Position numbers and translations under genes: made by a program. The notes below the pieces were generated by a model, which saw only the letters and a program-made list of their open reading frames with translations, searched no databases and had not been told where the DNA came from. A stretch of 64,000 nt of DNA from Selaginella moellendorffii (Eukaryota > Plantae > Lycopodiophyta), in contig NW_003314374.1 in NCBI RefSeq assembly GCF_000143415.4, positions 1 to 64,000 of the forward strand. Reading direction: 5' to 3'. Below are positions 11,168 to 21,809 of this stretch, piece by piece (the stretch's first letter is position 1; each line of letters opens with the position of its first letter).

Positions 11168-12784
11168 ATGCAAAGGATCTTGTCACAAAACTTTGCTGCG
11201 GGCATACGAAGCTGTGGAGCTGCCAAGGATCTATCCCGTGGGATTTCACTCCACGAAAAAATCTTGGCCAGCAAGAGCTCTTGGTGTGATCGATACCTTG
11301 CGAATTTGTTGATCGACATGTATGGCAAGTGTGGGGATATACAGCGAGCGAGGGAGGTTTTCGATAAGATTCCAAATCCAAACCAGTTCTCGTGGACGGC
11401 GTTGCTGGGCGCATATTCCCAGAACGGGCATATCCAAGAAGCGAAAGATGCGTTTGATGCTTCGGTGTCGAGAGACAGGGTATCTTGGAACTGTATGCTT
11501 TCAGCATATGCCCAAATTGGGCATCATTCAGGAGCTAGAGAAGTCTTTGCGAGAATGTCTTCCCACGATGTAGTGACATGCAACGCAATGACCACGGCAT
11601 ATTCTCATCACGGTCATATTGACGAGGCGGTCCACGTGTTTACATCCATGCCGCAGAGAAATGTGGTGACGTGGACGGCTATGATCACCGCAAATGCCGA
11701 GGCGAGGGACTTTGCGAGTGCTAGGGCTTTCTTCGATCGAATGCCCCAGTGTGATGTCGCGAGCTGGAACGCGACGATCCAGTGCGCGCAAGAGATTGGC
11801 GCGGTGAAAGCGCTCTTCGATCGGTCGCCGGGGAAGAGCTGGATCACCTGGACAGCGCTGGCGCTGGCCCACGCGCAACAAGGTAACGATCTGCAGCAAT
11901 GCCGGGAGGCCTTCTACCGGATGCCGCAGTGGACGCTAGGGTCGAGCAATGCGCTCGTTTCGGCGCTGGCCAGGAGCTCCAATCTGGAAGAATCGAGGCT
12001 CGTCTTCCACGCCATGCCCCATCGCGACCAAATCTCTTGGAATTCGCTGCTCCAGGGCTACATCGAGAATGGGCGCGCCCAGGAGGCCATGGCGGAGCTT
12101 CTCTCTGGAAGAATGCCTTGCTGGGATGTGGCTGCCTGGAACGCGATGCTCCAAGCATTTGTCCAGTCGGGGGATCTGGATTCTCTGGAGAAACTCTACA
12201 ATCAAATGCCAGTGAAGGACGTGATCTCCTGGACGGCTATGGTGGTAGCATTCTCAGAAGGAGGAAACATCGATCAAGCCAAACATTTCTTCGATCAGAT
12301 GATCACCCGGGATCTCGTCGCGTGGAACTCGATGATCAAAGCATTTGCCAACACTGGGCTCTTGTCCGACGCTCTTGGCTTCCTCTACGCGATGCTCCAG
12401 GAGGGGATCAAACCCAACGATCACACTTACAGGGGGATTCTCAGCGGCTGCAGCCATGCCGGGCTCCCGGAGGAATGTCGGATCCATTTCTTGAGCATGG
12501 TGGCGGATCACGCCATCGCTCCGGAGCTGGATCACTACTGCTGCGTGGTGGACAGCTTGGGGCGATCCAAGCGCCTCGACTGGGCGGAGGAGCTCGTCCA
12601 GAGCATGCCTTACGTTCCCAACGAGGTGGCATGGACGAGCCTCCTAGGTGCTTGTCGAGTGTATGGAGATGCCGAGCTCTTGGAGCGAGTGACCGGGCTC
12701 TCGCTGGAGGACGAGAGCGACACTGGGTCCTGGCCGGCTCCATACTTGCTCTTGTCCGATGGCTGGAAGAGTGTTCCAAAGTGA
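11168..12784 (+). CDS. PLS-class PPR protein with C-terminal E motif (no DYW)
   Basis: NLLIDMYGKCG, tandem ~31-aa motifs (FDRMP.RDVVSWNAM), CSHAG, HYCCVVDSLGR, WTSLLGACR; intronless. Confidence 0.95.
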   Translation: MQRILSQNFAAGIRSCGAAKDLSRGISLHEKILASKSSWCDRYLANLLIDMYGKCGDIQRAREVFDKIPNPNQFSWTALLGAYSQNGHIQEAKDAFDASVSRDRVSWNCMLSAYAQIGHHSGAREVFARMSSHDVVTCNAMTTAYSHHGHIDEAVHVFTSMPQRNVVTWTAMITANAEARDFASARAFFDRMPQCDVASWNATIQCAQEIGAVKALFDRSPGKSWITWTALALAHAQQGNDLQQCREAFYRMPQWTLGSSNALVSALARSSNLEESRLVFHAMPHRDQISWNSLLQGYIENGRAQEAMAELLSGRMPCWDVAAWNAMLQAFVQSGDLDSLEKLYNQMPVKDVISWTAMVVAFSEGGNIDQAKHFFDQMITRDLVAWNSMIKAFANTGLLSDALGFLYAMLQEGIKPNDHTYRGILSGCSHAGLPEECRIHFLSMVADHAIAPELDHYCCVVDSLGRSKRLDWAEELVQSMPYVPNEVAWTSLLGACRVYGDAELLERVTGLSLEDESDTGSWPAPYLLLSDGWKSVPK

Positions 12785-12897
12785 TGAGGCGCTTTCTCCT
12801 TCCAAAGTGATGGGATCAGAGCTTTCTCTTTCCAAAGTGATAGAGTGATAGGATCCAAGCTTTCTCCTTCCAAAGTGATGGGATCAAAGCTTTCCAT
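12774..12897. repeat. ~30-bp tandem repeat filling the gap between convergent PPR genes
   Basis: ttccaaagtgat x4 within units like gctttctccttccaaagtgatgggatca. Confidence 0.85.
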
Positions 12898-14888
12898 CAT
12901 CTCGCGAAGTCCTCCACATTGGCCTCGGCAAACGCGTTGTGAAGAACGACGTAAGGCTGCGACTGTCCAGGATCCCACTCTATCGCCGCTCTTGCAAGCC
13001 GGATAGCTCGCTCGATCTCCCCAAATGCCCGGCAAGCATCCAGCAAGCTCGTCCAAGCCACCATATCCGGCACAAACGGCATGGTGTAGAGCAGCTCTTC
13101 AGCCCTCTCAATCTGGCGGGCCTTGCCGAGGAGCTGGACGAGGCAAGCGTAGTGTTCCTCGTTGGGAGCCACGAAATAGTCCACGCCCATGGAGACGAAG
13201 TGGTCTCGGGCGACTTCTACGAGACCTGCGTCGCTCAAGCCCGCGAGAGTAGCAGTGAAGGTTACCTCATTAGGAGACAATCCCAAAAGCAGCATCGATC
13301 TGAGAGAAACCATCGCTAGACTAAAATGCCCGTTTCGGGCATAGGCTGAGACGATCGCAGTCGCGGAAACCACGTCGTGATGCTGCTCGATTTTCTGGAT
13401 GGATGCTGGATCGTGAATGTCTCCCTGCCTTGCAATCACACCCAAAAGGAGCGTCCAGGAGTGAATCGCGAGCTGTGGCATCCGATCAAAGACAAGCTTC
13501 GTCTCGTGAAAATGCCCGTGCGCGGCAAATGCTGAGATGAGCGTTGTCCAAGACTGTAGCCCTCGTTCCGGCATCTGATCAAACACAAACTTTGATTTTC
13601 TTGCGCATCCAAGCTGGCCCAAATTTTGGATCATTGCGTTCCAAGCCGGAACATCTCGCGCGGGCATTCGATCAAAGCCCGAGAGAGAAACATCCAAATG
13701 CCCGCTTTGGGCAAGCGCTGTGATCATCGATGACCACGAGACAACATCCCTCTGGAGCATATAATCAAAAGCTCGTTTTGCGCGATCCAGTCGACCGGCC
13801 TCGCCATAAGTGAGGATCATTGTGTTGGATGCGAAGAGATCCAGTCGATCGATCGACTCTAGCAGGTCTACCGCTTCTTGGAGCTGCCCGTTCTCGGCCT
13901 TGGATCGAACGAGGCTGTTCCAGGCCTCGATGCTCTTCTCTGGCATCCTGTGGAAGAGATCACCGGCGCGATCGACGAGGCCGTGCCGGCAGTGCGCTGT
14001 AACGATAGAGTTCCAGGAGATCATGTCGTGATGAGGCATCCTCGCGAAAATCCTGTTGGATTCGTCGAGAGTGCCGGAGTTGACTGCTAGCATCGTGTTC
14101 CAAGTCACCAGATTTCTCTCCGCGATAACTTCCTCGAAGACCTTCCTAGTGCCGGCTAGATCCCCGGTCGCGGCACTCGCTGTGACCATCGCGTTCATCG
14201 AGAAGAGATTGTGGAGTGGCATCTTGAAAAGAACACCAATGGCGGCAGTGATCAATCCGACGAGAATGTAGCCCTGCGCTAGCGTGTTCCAGCAGAGTGG
14301 ATCACGCGATGGGATCCTGTCAAAGAGATCCTTGGCCTCCCGCAAATGCCCTTGGTGTGAAGAAGCCACGATGAGCGTCGTCCAAGAGATCACATTGTGC
14401 ATTGGCATCCTCAAAAACACGTCATAGCCGCCGCCATAGCCGATCGGAGCTGTCGCTTGGAGGATCTGGTTCCAGCTGACGACATCGCGCTGTGGCATCC
14501 GGTGGAATGTTGCGGCCGCTCGATCTGGATGCCCGTTTGTGGCGAAGGCCGCGAGGATCATGTTCCAGGAGTAAATATTTGGGGAGGAGATCGACTCAAA
14601 CATCGCCATAGCCTCCTCGATCTTGCCACAGCGCGCGTACATCTCGATGAGAAGATTGGAGAGGAACCTATCGTGCCTGTGGAGCGTCTGCTGGATTTGG
14701 CAGTGAACGATCTTGCCCTGGCCGAAATCCCTGTCTCTGGAGCATTGCATGACGGTGCGAGCGAAGGAATCGACGTCGTGATGCCCGGCATCGGCGATCT
14801 TGGCAATGGATTTGAAGCAGATCACTCGCGCCTTGGGCGGCCAATCCAAGAAAGAGCTTCTCGACGTGCCGGCCCTTGCCAAGATCAT
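12897..14888 (-). CDS. PLS-class PPR protein with E motifs (no DYW)
   Basis: NLLIEMYARCG, many S/SS motifs, HYACLVQLLGKA, WTSLLDACR, PYVVLHNAFA; first ATG at 14888. Confidence 0.93.
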   Translation of the reverse strand: MILARAGTSRSSFLDWPPKARVICFKSIAKIADAGHHDVDSFARTVMQCSRDRDFGQGKIVHCQIQQTLHRHDRFLSNLLIEMYARCGKIEEAMAMFESISSPNIYSWNMILAAFATNGHPDRAAATFHRMPQRDVVSWNQILQATAPIGYGGGYDVFLRMPMHNVISWTTLIVASSHQGHLREAKDLFDRIPSRDPLCWNTLAQGYILVGLITAAIGVLFKMPLHNLFSMNAMVTASAATGDLAGTRKVFEEVIAERNLVTWNTMLAVNSGTLDESNRIFARMPHHDMISWNSIVTAHCRHGLVDRAGDLFHRMPEKSIEAWNSLVRSKAENGQLQEAVDLLESIDRLDLFASNTMILTYGEAGRLDRAKRAFDYMLQRDVVSWSSMITALAQSGHLDVSLSGFDRMPARDVPAWNAMIQNLGQLGCARKSKFVFDQMPERGLQSWTTLISAFAAHGHFHETKLVFDRMPQLAIHSWTLLLGVIARQGDIHDPASIQKIEQHHDVVSATAIVSAYARNGHFSLAMVSLRSMLLLGLSPNEVTFTATLAGLSDAGLVEVARDHFVSMGVDYFVAPNEEHYACLVQLLGKARQIERAEELLYTMPFVPDMVAWTSLLDACRAFGEIERAIRLARAAIEWDPGQSQPYVVLHNAFAEANVEDFAR

Positions 14889-16455
14889 CAAGAACAGCAC
14901 CAGCTCCGGCGATCTAGCCTGCTGCCGCCGCGCACACGGTCAAATCCTCGCCAGCGCCCACAGCGGCGTGACATTCCTCCACAATCTCCTCATCGAGATG
15001 TATGGCAGCTGCGGCGGATTGGATGACGCGGAGGCGGTGTTCTCCGCGATGCGATCGCCAAACACATTCTCCAGGAACAACCTGATCTTCGCCTATGGCA
15101 AGAATGGCAAACCCTACGAGGCATGGAAGCTCTTCGTCCAAATGGCCGCCAAGAATGCCCTCTCTTGGGTATCAATCATACGAGCGCTAACGCGGTCTGG
15201 GCAACTGGACCTCGCCAAGAAGATGCTCTTAAAGATGCCCCAGCTAAGCACCACTCCCTGTACGGCCATGGTCGTGGCATATGCCCAAAGAGGGCATCTT
15301 GTCGATGCCAGATCCGTGATGGGCCTCATGGCCGAAAGTGACGCGACGGCGTCCACGGCCATGATAGTGGCGTATGGAGGCGCCGACAATGTGGACGAGG
15401 CGGAGAGGATATTCTTTGCGAGCGCCGCGCAGGATGTGGTATCGTGGACAGCAATGTGCCAAGCATATGCCGAGAACGGGTATCTGGAAGATGCGAGGCG
15501 AATCTTCTCGAGCATGCCACAGCGCAATGTGGTCACTTGGAACGCGCTGATGCAAGCGTGCGTCTCCAATCGCGAGCTGGAATCCGCGAGTGAGTGCTTC
15601 GATTCCATGCCGGAGCGCGACGCGGCGTCGTGGAACACGCTCATCGCGGCGTTCGCGCAGCTAGGGTTTCCGGGCGATGCGAGGCGCGCTTTCGATCGGA
15701 TGCCGCAGCACAGCGTGATCAGCGCGACGTCGATGATCGTCGCGCTGGCGTGGAGTCCGGGGGGATTGAGCGCCGCGATCGCGGAGTTCGACAGGATTCC
15801 AGGGCGGGATCTTGTTTCTTGGAACGCCATGGCGCAGGCTCACGCGGCGAGTGGAAATCTTGCCGAGGCCGCGGAGATCTTCGATCGGATGCCGTGGAGG
15901 GACGTGACGGCGTGGAATGCCATGACCGAAGCGCTGTCGCAGCACGGGCATCTGGATCGAGCGCGGCGATCCTTCGATGCGATGCCAAACAGGGACGTGA
16001 TCTCCTGGACCACGATGATCGATGCCTACACGCAGAACGGGCATCCTCGCGAGGCGCTGGAGCTCTTCCACGCGATGCTGCTGGAATCCATGCGGCCGAA
16101 TCAGCTCACATTCCTGTGCGTTCTTGCCGGATGCAGCCATGGCGGATCTCTCGAGCGCGCTCGCCAGTATTTCCATTCGATGCTCCAGGATCACGACATC
16201 CAGCCCCGCGTCGAGCACTTCCACTGTCTCATCGATCTTCTCGGTCGATCCGGGAGGGAGCTCCACGACGCCGAGGATCTCATCCGTGAGATGCCGTTCC
16301 AGGAGGACGAAATCTCCTGGACGACGCTCCTCGGCGCTTGCCGCGTCCACGGCGATCCATCGCGGGGATCCAAGGCCGCGACGAGGATCGCGCACCTCAC
16401 CCCGGATCGATCGGCCCCCTACGTTCTTCTCAATCAGGCACAGATGGTCGAGTAG
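14806..16455 (+). CDS. PLS-class PPR protein with E motif (no DYW)
   Basis: NLLIEMYGSCG, tandem motifs, CSHGG, HFHCLIDLLGRSG, WTTLLGACR; ATG at 14806. Confidence 0.95.
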   Translation: MDLKQITRALGGQSKKELLDVPALAKIIKNSTSSGDLACCRRAHGQILASAHSGVTFLHNLLIEMYGSCGGLDDAEAVFSAMRSPNTFSRNNLIFAYGKNGKPYEAWKLFVQMAAKNALSWVSIIRALTRSGQLDLAKKMLLKMPQLSTTPCTAMVVAYAQRGHLVDARSVMGLMAESDATASTAMIVAYGGADNVDEAERIFFASAAQDVVSWTAMCQAYAENGYLEDARRIFSSMPQRNVVTWNALMQACVSNRELESASECFDSMPERDAASWNTLIAAFAQLGFPGDARRAFDRMPQHSVISATSMIVALAWSPGGLSAAIAEFDRIPGRDLVSWNAMAQAHAASGNLAEAAEIFDRMPWRDVTAWNAMTEALSQHGHLDRARRSFDAMPNRDVISWTTMIDAYTQNGHPREALELFHAMLLESMRPNQLTFLCVLAGCSHGGSLERARQYFHSMLQDHDIQPRVEHFHCLIDLLGRSGRELHDAEDLIREMPFQEDEISWTTLLGACRVHGDPSRGSKAATRIAHLTPDRSAPYVLLNQAQMVE

Positions 16456-16495
16456 ATCGTGAGGAGGAAACGAAATTTCGATCGATCCTTCCGAT

Positions 16496-18238
16496 ATGCG
16501 AAGGGTGCTTCCAGGGATCGACGCCGAGCTCTCTCTTCTCATCAAATCTTGCGGCGACTCCAAGAACATCGCGAGGGGGAGGGAGATCCACGCGAGAATC
16601 GCTAGCTGCGAGCTCCGCCACGATCGATTACTGGCAAATCTCCTGGTGGAGATGTATGGCAAATGCGGCAGTGTCGACGACGCGGAGGGCGTGTTCTTGG
16701 CCATCCCCGACCCCAATCCCTACTCTTGGAACATCCTCATCGCGGCCTACGTCCAGAATGGCTGCCTCCGCCGAGCAAGGCGCGCGTTCTTGGAGATGCC
16801 CGGCCGTGGCATCGTCTCCTGGAACACCATCGCCAAGGGCTGGGCGGAGAGTGGCAATCTGGCGGAGCTTCTGGGTGTGTTCCACCGGATGCCGCAGTGG
16901 AATCCAGTCTCGTGCACTGCGATGGCGATGGCGCACGCGCAAGAGGGCGATCTCTCGGCAACCAAGCAGCTCTTTGATTCGATGGAGCAGCGGGATCTCG
17001 CGGCGTGGAACGGGATGATCCAAGCGTATGCCCAGAACGGCCATCTCTCCGGGGCGGAGCGTGTCTTCTCCAGGATGCCGGGGTGTGATGCCGTCTCGAA
17101 GACGCTGATCGTCAGAGCTTACGGCCTCGCCCAAGATCCTGGGAAAGCGAAGGATGCCTTCGATCAGACCCAGCAGCGCGACGTGATCTCGTGGAATGCC
17201 GCGATCCAAGCGTATGCCCAGAGCGGGCATCCGGAGGAAGCTCGAGCGATCTTCGAAGTGATGCCGGCATGGAATGTGGTCTCCTGGACAGTGATGGTGG
17301 TCGCTTACGCCGAGAGCCGCGATCCCGATCGTGCTGAAGAGATCTTCCTGGCGATGCGAGAGGACGATCTGGTGGCGCGCACGTCGATGCTCGCGGTGTA
17401 TGCCCAACGAGGGGACCCAGAGGTAGCGCACAGGATCTTCGATGGCATGGCGTTGCTCCAGCGCGATGGGATCTGCTGGACGGCGCTCATCCGGGCCTAC
17501 GTCGAGAATGGTCACCACGATTGGACGAGAGCGGCGTTCCAGAGAATGCCGCAGTGGGATCTCTCGGCGTGGAACTCGATCCTCCAGTCGTTGATCCAGA
17601 CGAGCCAGCTCCGCGAGGCTCGAGCGATCTACGAGAGCATGCCGGAGTGGAACATCGTGTCTTCGACGCTGCTCATCGCTGGGTACACCAGATCCGGGGA
17701 CGTAGCCGAGGCGAAGCTCGCGTTCGATCAGATTCCTCACAGGGATCCTGTCTCCTGGACGACGATGATCCACGCGTATGCCCAGAACGGGCACTGCGAC
17801 GAGGCTTTCGAGCTCCAGCGAGCGATGGAGCTCGATGGTGTTGCTCCCGACGATGCCACCTTCGTGTCGCTGCTCGCCGGGTGTAGCTACTCGGGGCTGC
17901 TGGAGCGAGGCCGGGGATGCTTCGTGTTGATGCAAGAGACCCGCGGGATCGTCCCCAACAAGGATCACTTCTGCTGCTTGATCGACATGCTCGGGAGAAG
18001 CAAGCTGCTGGGCGAGGCGGAGGAGCTCATCCGGAGCTTGCCGTTTGATCCCGACGCTGCGATGTGGGCGTCATTGCTGGGAGGATCGCAGGGCGGTGAC
18101 CAGCAGGCTGCGAGTGCGGCGAGAGAGGTGTCGGGATTGAAGCCCGAGGACTCGTCAGCGTATGTGATGCTCGCGAACTTGATCGTTTGTGACGATGGAT
18201 CACTCGATCAGGAGGAGGAGAATGAAGAACTTGCGTGA
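16496..18238 (+). CDS. PLS-class PPR protein with E motif (no DYW)
   Basis: NLLVEMYGKCG, tandem motifs, CSYSG, HFCCLIDMLGR, SAYVMLAN. Confidence 0.95.
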   Translation: MRRVLPGIDAELSLLIKSCGDSKNIARGREIHARIASCELRHDRLLANLLVEMYGKCGSVDDAEGVFLAIPDPNPYSWNILIAAYVQNGCLRRARRAFLEMPGRGIVSWNTIAKGWAESGNLAELLGVFHRMPQWNPVSCTAMAMAHAQEGDLSATKQLFDSMEQRDLAAWNGMIQAYAQNGHLSGAERVFSRMPGCDAVSKTLIVRAYGLAQDPGKAKDAFDQTQQRDVISWNAAIQAYAQSGHPEEARAIFEVMPAWNVVSWTVMVVAYAESRDPDRAEEIFLAMREDDLVARTSMLAVYAQRGDPEVAHRIFDGMALLQRDGICWTALIRAYVENGHHDWTRAAFQRMPQWDLSAWNSILQSLIQTSQLREARAIYESMPEWNIVSSTLLIAGYTRSGDVAEAKLAFDQIPHRDPVSWTTMIHAYAQNGHCDEAFELQRAMELDGVAPDDATFVSLLAGCSYSGLLERGRGCFVLMQETRGIVPNKDHFCCLIDMLGRSKLLGEAEELIRSLPFDPDAAMWASLLGGSQGGDQQAASAAREVSGLKPEDSSAYVMLANLIVCDDGSLDQEEENEELA

Positions 18239-18528
18239 GAGTTGGAGGACTATTGCCGTGATCTGGTAGTTCTCGGCTACTCCACCTGGAATGAAAGATG
18301 AGACGATTGAAAGCCTCGACTCTGCTAGTTGGATTAGATTTCGGATGAAAACGAAGAACTTGCGTAAAAAATTCGCGAGAAAATTTTGGAAAGAACTCAC
18401 TAGCGCTGTGATGCTCGTAACCTGTGCTTGTTTTCGACGGCGTATCCGAATAGATCCCTGTGACAAACGTGAGAAAACAAAGGAAAGTAAAACGAATGAA
18501 GATGTCACGTACATGTATAGCTCTGGTA

Positions 18529-19230
18529 CTAATTGATGGAGAGCTCGGGCTCCACTATCTCGGACTCCACCACCTCGGCCTCCTTGATCTCGGGCTCTTT
18601 TTCCTCCTCGAATTTGGACGCTTGTTCTTCGATTTGTGGAGCTGGTGCTGCCTGTTCTTCAACCTCGCCGGGACTGCGACGCTCATCCAGGATTTTTTTT
18701 ACGTCCTCCAAGCTAGGCGGTTCCCGGAACCTATAATCGGCCTCTCTAGGCTTGTAAGTTACGAACAGGATCCCGCAAGTGATGACCTGCTCGAGCAAAT
18801 CAAGAAAAGCAAAGATTGGACAAGAATGGCGACTTACCGCTACCACGATTCCAATCGCCCAGAGATACTGTAGGATGAATCCCAGCCAGTTCCACTGCGG
18901 CCCTTCCCAGAAATCTGGAACCATTCCTGGATCGAAATAATCGTCGTTGGGAAAAGGAGCTGGAGTGGGATTCGACGACGACGAGGATTTCGCTCCGGAT
19001 TTCTGCTTGTCATCCGAAATCGCGACCTTGGAGGAAGAATCTGGTTGCTTCACATTCTTACCGGAGGAAGACGGCGACGACGATTCCAACTTCTTGGCCC
19101 GGATGAGACTACTCCTCCTGGCGATCGCGACGTGGTTCCTGCTGGGAAGAGGATTTAATCCGCTCCTCCGGTGGAGGAACGGCGATGGCGCGCCGAGAGC
19201 GTGGACGCCATGCCGCGATGCTAGCGCCAT
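18529..19230 (-). CDS. Putative plastid-targeted single-pass membrane protein (conserved FWEGPQW motif); intron 18787-18837
   Basis: Ser/Arg-rich transit-like N-terminus, PDFWEGPQWNWLGFILQYLWAIGIVVA hydrophobic segment, acidic tail; GTAAGT..CAG intron. Confidence 0.75.
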   Translation of the reverse strand: MALASRHGVHALGAPSPFLHRRSGLNPLPSRNHVAIARRSSLIRAKKLESSSPSSSGKNVKQPDSSSKVAISDDKQKSGAKSSSSSNPTPAPFPNDDYFDPGMVPDFWEGPQWNWLGFILQYLWAIGIVVAVSRHSCPIFAFLDLLEQVITCGILFVTYKPREADYRFREPPSLEDVKKILDERRSPGEVEEQAAPAPQIEEQASKFEEEKEPEIKEAEVVESEIVEPELSIN

Positions 19231-19424
19231 TGCGCCTGGGAAGAAAGAAATCTGCCCCAGACGATGATACATCCACAACCACTCGTTTAAATCTTTATTC
19301 CGGGCAAAATTCCGGTTCTTTTCTACAAAAATGGTGACGTGGAGGTAAAGGTGGGGTATGACCAGGGAAAATGCAGGGTATGACGAAGGAAACAGCGAGG
19401 GAAGAACAGGGGAGAACAAACGAA

Positions 19425-20458
19425 TCAATTCACGTAGCGGCAGTTCTTCCTGATCTGGCCGCTACTGCCCGTGAGCACCTTGTGGGCGGTGAGCTTCTGG
19501 TAGGCGGTGATGTATGTCTGGAAGAATTGGTTCTGGTCCTGGGCGAATTTCGCTACGGCGGTGCTGGTTCTCGAGTCTTGGCCCAGCGCCGCGTCGATGC
19601 TGAAGAGCCCGAGCCTGGAGCTCACCTCCTGGTAGTAGCGATTGTCGAATCGCAAGCTGGTGAAATCGTTCATCACCGTGGTGGTGTTGAGAATGAATCG
19701 CGGATCCGAGACGGGACAGCTGATCCGGAGGCGCGCCGCGTAGAAGGGATTGAGGTTGGAATCCAGGGTCGGGTAGAGGCGATTGACGATGTTGAGACAG
19801 TGGCCGACGCCCAGCGTGTGCGCGCCCATGATCGCCACGCTCTCCTCGATGGACATGCCCATGGCGCGGAAGATTTCCAGGAATTTGTCGACGCTGATCG
19901 TGGGCGGGGGCAGCGCCGCGTCGGCGGCGCGATTGCTCGCGAATGTGGCATCCCTCCGCCCGAGCTGGATGGGGAAATCCGGGCCGCCAGCAATCGCCGC
20001 GGCGTCCCGGCCCGCCAGCGCGACGATGTCCGCGCACGAGACCTCTCCGCCGCCGCATTGCGCATCCACCGCCGCCTTGATCCGATCGATGATCGCGAGC
20101 TCCCGGACGCCGAAATTTCGATCGGACACCATCTCGCTGGTGATGGAGCCCTTGTTGTTGAGCAGGATCGATGCGTCGCAGCCCTGGATGGAAATTGATC
20201 GAGGATGTCAGCGTCGATAAAGTCTATCTAGCTTACCCCGACTTGGCAGTCGTGGAAGGAGAGGCGGAGGAGCGCCGCCGCGGCGGTGGGATCGCCAAAG
20301 AGGCTGCTCATGATCGTCGATCTCACCGTGCTCTCCAGCCCCGGGCAAGATTTCTTGTAGAAACCGAACGAGAGCTGGGAGGAGCTCGAGCTTGCGAGTG
20401 TCAGGACCATGGCTAGAATCACCCACATTGCGAAATTGGATCCCCAATTCACCGCCAT
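19425..20458 (-). CDS. Class III secretory peroxidase (Prx29-like); intron 20184-20236
   Basis: Signal peptide, RLSFHDCQVGGCDASILL, VSCADIVALAGRDA, GAHTLG, FDNRYY, GQIRKNC. Confidence 0.96.
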
Positions 20459-21329
20459 CGCCGTCGCCGTTCTTAAGGCTTCTCCTCTCGCTCCAATTCG
20501 ATCAGGTACGTACCGATTGATCTGCTGCAAGGGAGGAATTGGATCTGAGCGAACGCAACCAGGCCTCGATTCGATTGAATGCGCACAAATGCTTCAACCG
20601 ATCGAGGTACCAGGGATTCCTCTTCCTTGCAGGGGAGTAAATTCGAATTGCAGGAAGCTCTCTCAAGATCAAGATCGCTAGATCATCGCTCGCTCGATTG
20701 CTAGCAGCGAGACTTGGGGATCGTCTCACTACTCATTGGGAGAGAATGCGTGGAGAGATCCCTGGTTGGTATATGTACAGGGGAGCTCTAGCTCCAAAAC
20801 ATCAATGCTTGACTTGCTAAAGCTGCCACAAAGTTAAAAAAAGGGAGGTAAAAATTGAAGAGGAAAGCAAGAAATTATGCTGTGCTGCTCGGATGATGAA
20901 TTGTGAGGTGATACTTTTTTTATACCATCCCTACCTTGATTTTTACCACGAGCTCCCTCGAAATGAGCTCTTCTAGAAGGGAGAATTTCAAGGGAGAACA
21001 AATGCCCTTCTTTGGCATTTCTCTAATGAGAAATTTAGGAGAGTTGCAAAGCTCAAGTAGCACGTCCAAAAACTTGGCCTTTTCCAAACACTCGTTACAA
21101 TCTATGGCGGCATCGACTATTCAGCTCCGGGATGCTCGTCTGCAACTTGCTTAGGAACCTCTATCCGCTTGCTTCGAGAAACTTTGTAGCGCTCTCCATG
21201 GCCATCTTGAGCGTCTTGATGATCGCCGGAAGCACACTCTTCCAAATGCCTGCACGTCGCTAGAGCAAAGCAGAACTTCCAGGTACCTCGTCATCCTGGC
21301 GACCATGGATTTCTTGGCAGCATCTATCA

Positions 21330-21620
21330 GCACCAAGATGGCCTCTTTAACGTTTTTGCTTCAGACAAGGCGCTGCTTCGATACCACCGGATAAGGCCAC
21401 GCCAAGTTGCCAGCCAGGAGCACAGCGTTTTCGAGCCGGCTCGCAGTGCTTCTCTGTACGACACTACAGCGTCGGCATAGCGGCCCTGTCGCTTGAAAAA
21501 CTGGGGCAAGAGTTCACCTTGTTGAAAAAACTCTTGTAGTGCCGGGTAGATGATCGGCAAGAAAGTAGCATCACACCAAGCGCACCTGAGCAGCGTCTGC
21601 AAGGAAATAAGCAACGTAAA
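21330..21620 (-). pseudogene. Possible TPR-like gene fragment
   Basis: FKRQGRYADAVVSYREALR resembles a TPR helix pair; no complete gene model. Confidence 0.3.
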
Positions 21621-21809
21621 ACCTGTTCAAGAGTGTCCATAAAAAACATGGAAAATGAAAGAGGCTCTAGAATTTATGTACCTGATGATCGTTCCAGACA
21701 TCAGGTAGACTCCTTCCAGAAGAAGGATCGCCAACTGGAAGGCCGCGAAAGGAAAGGAGAAAGCCAAAGAATGGCGGGACTGTATTCGCAGCTTCGAAAA
21801 GGGATCTTT

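Noticed and set aside
12774-12897. CRISPR-like repeat
   Set aside because: Units are contiguous tandem repeats without unique spacers, and the context is eukaryotic with no cas genes
11124-20220. Many long overlapping ORFs (e.g. 16628-17968, 15661-16716, 19371-20198)
   Set aside because: Stop-poor antisense frames of GC-rich PPR and peroxidase coding sequence
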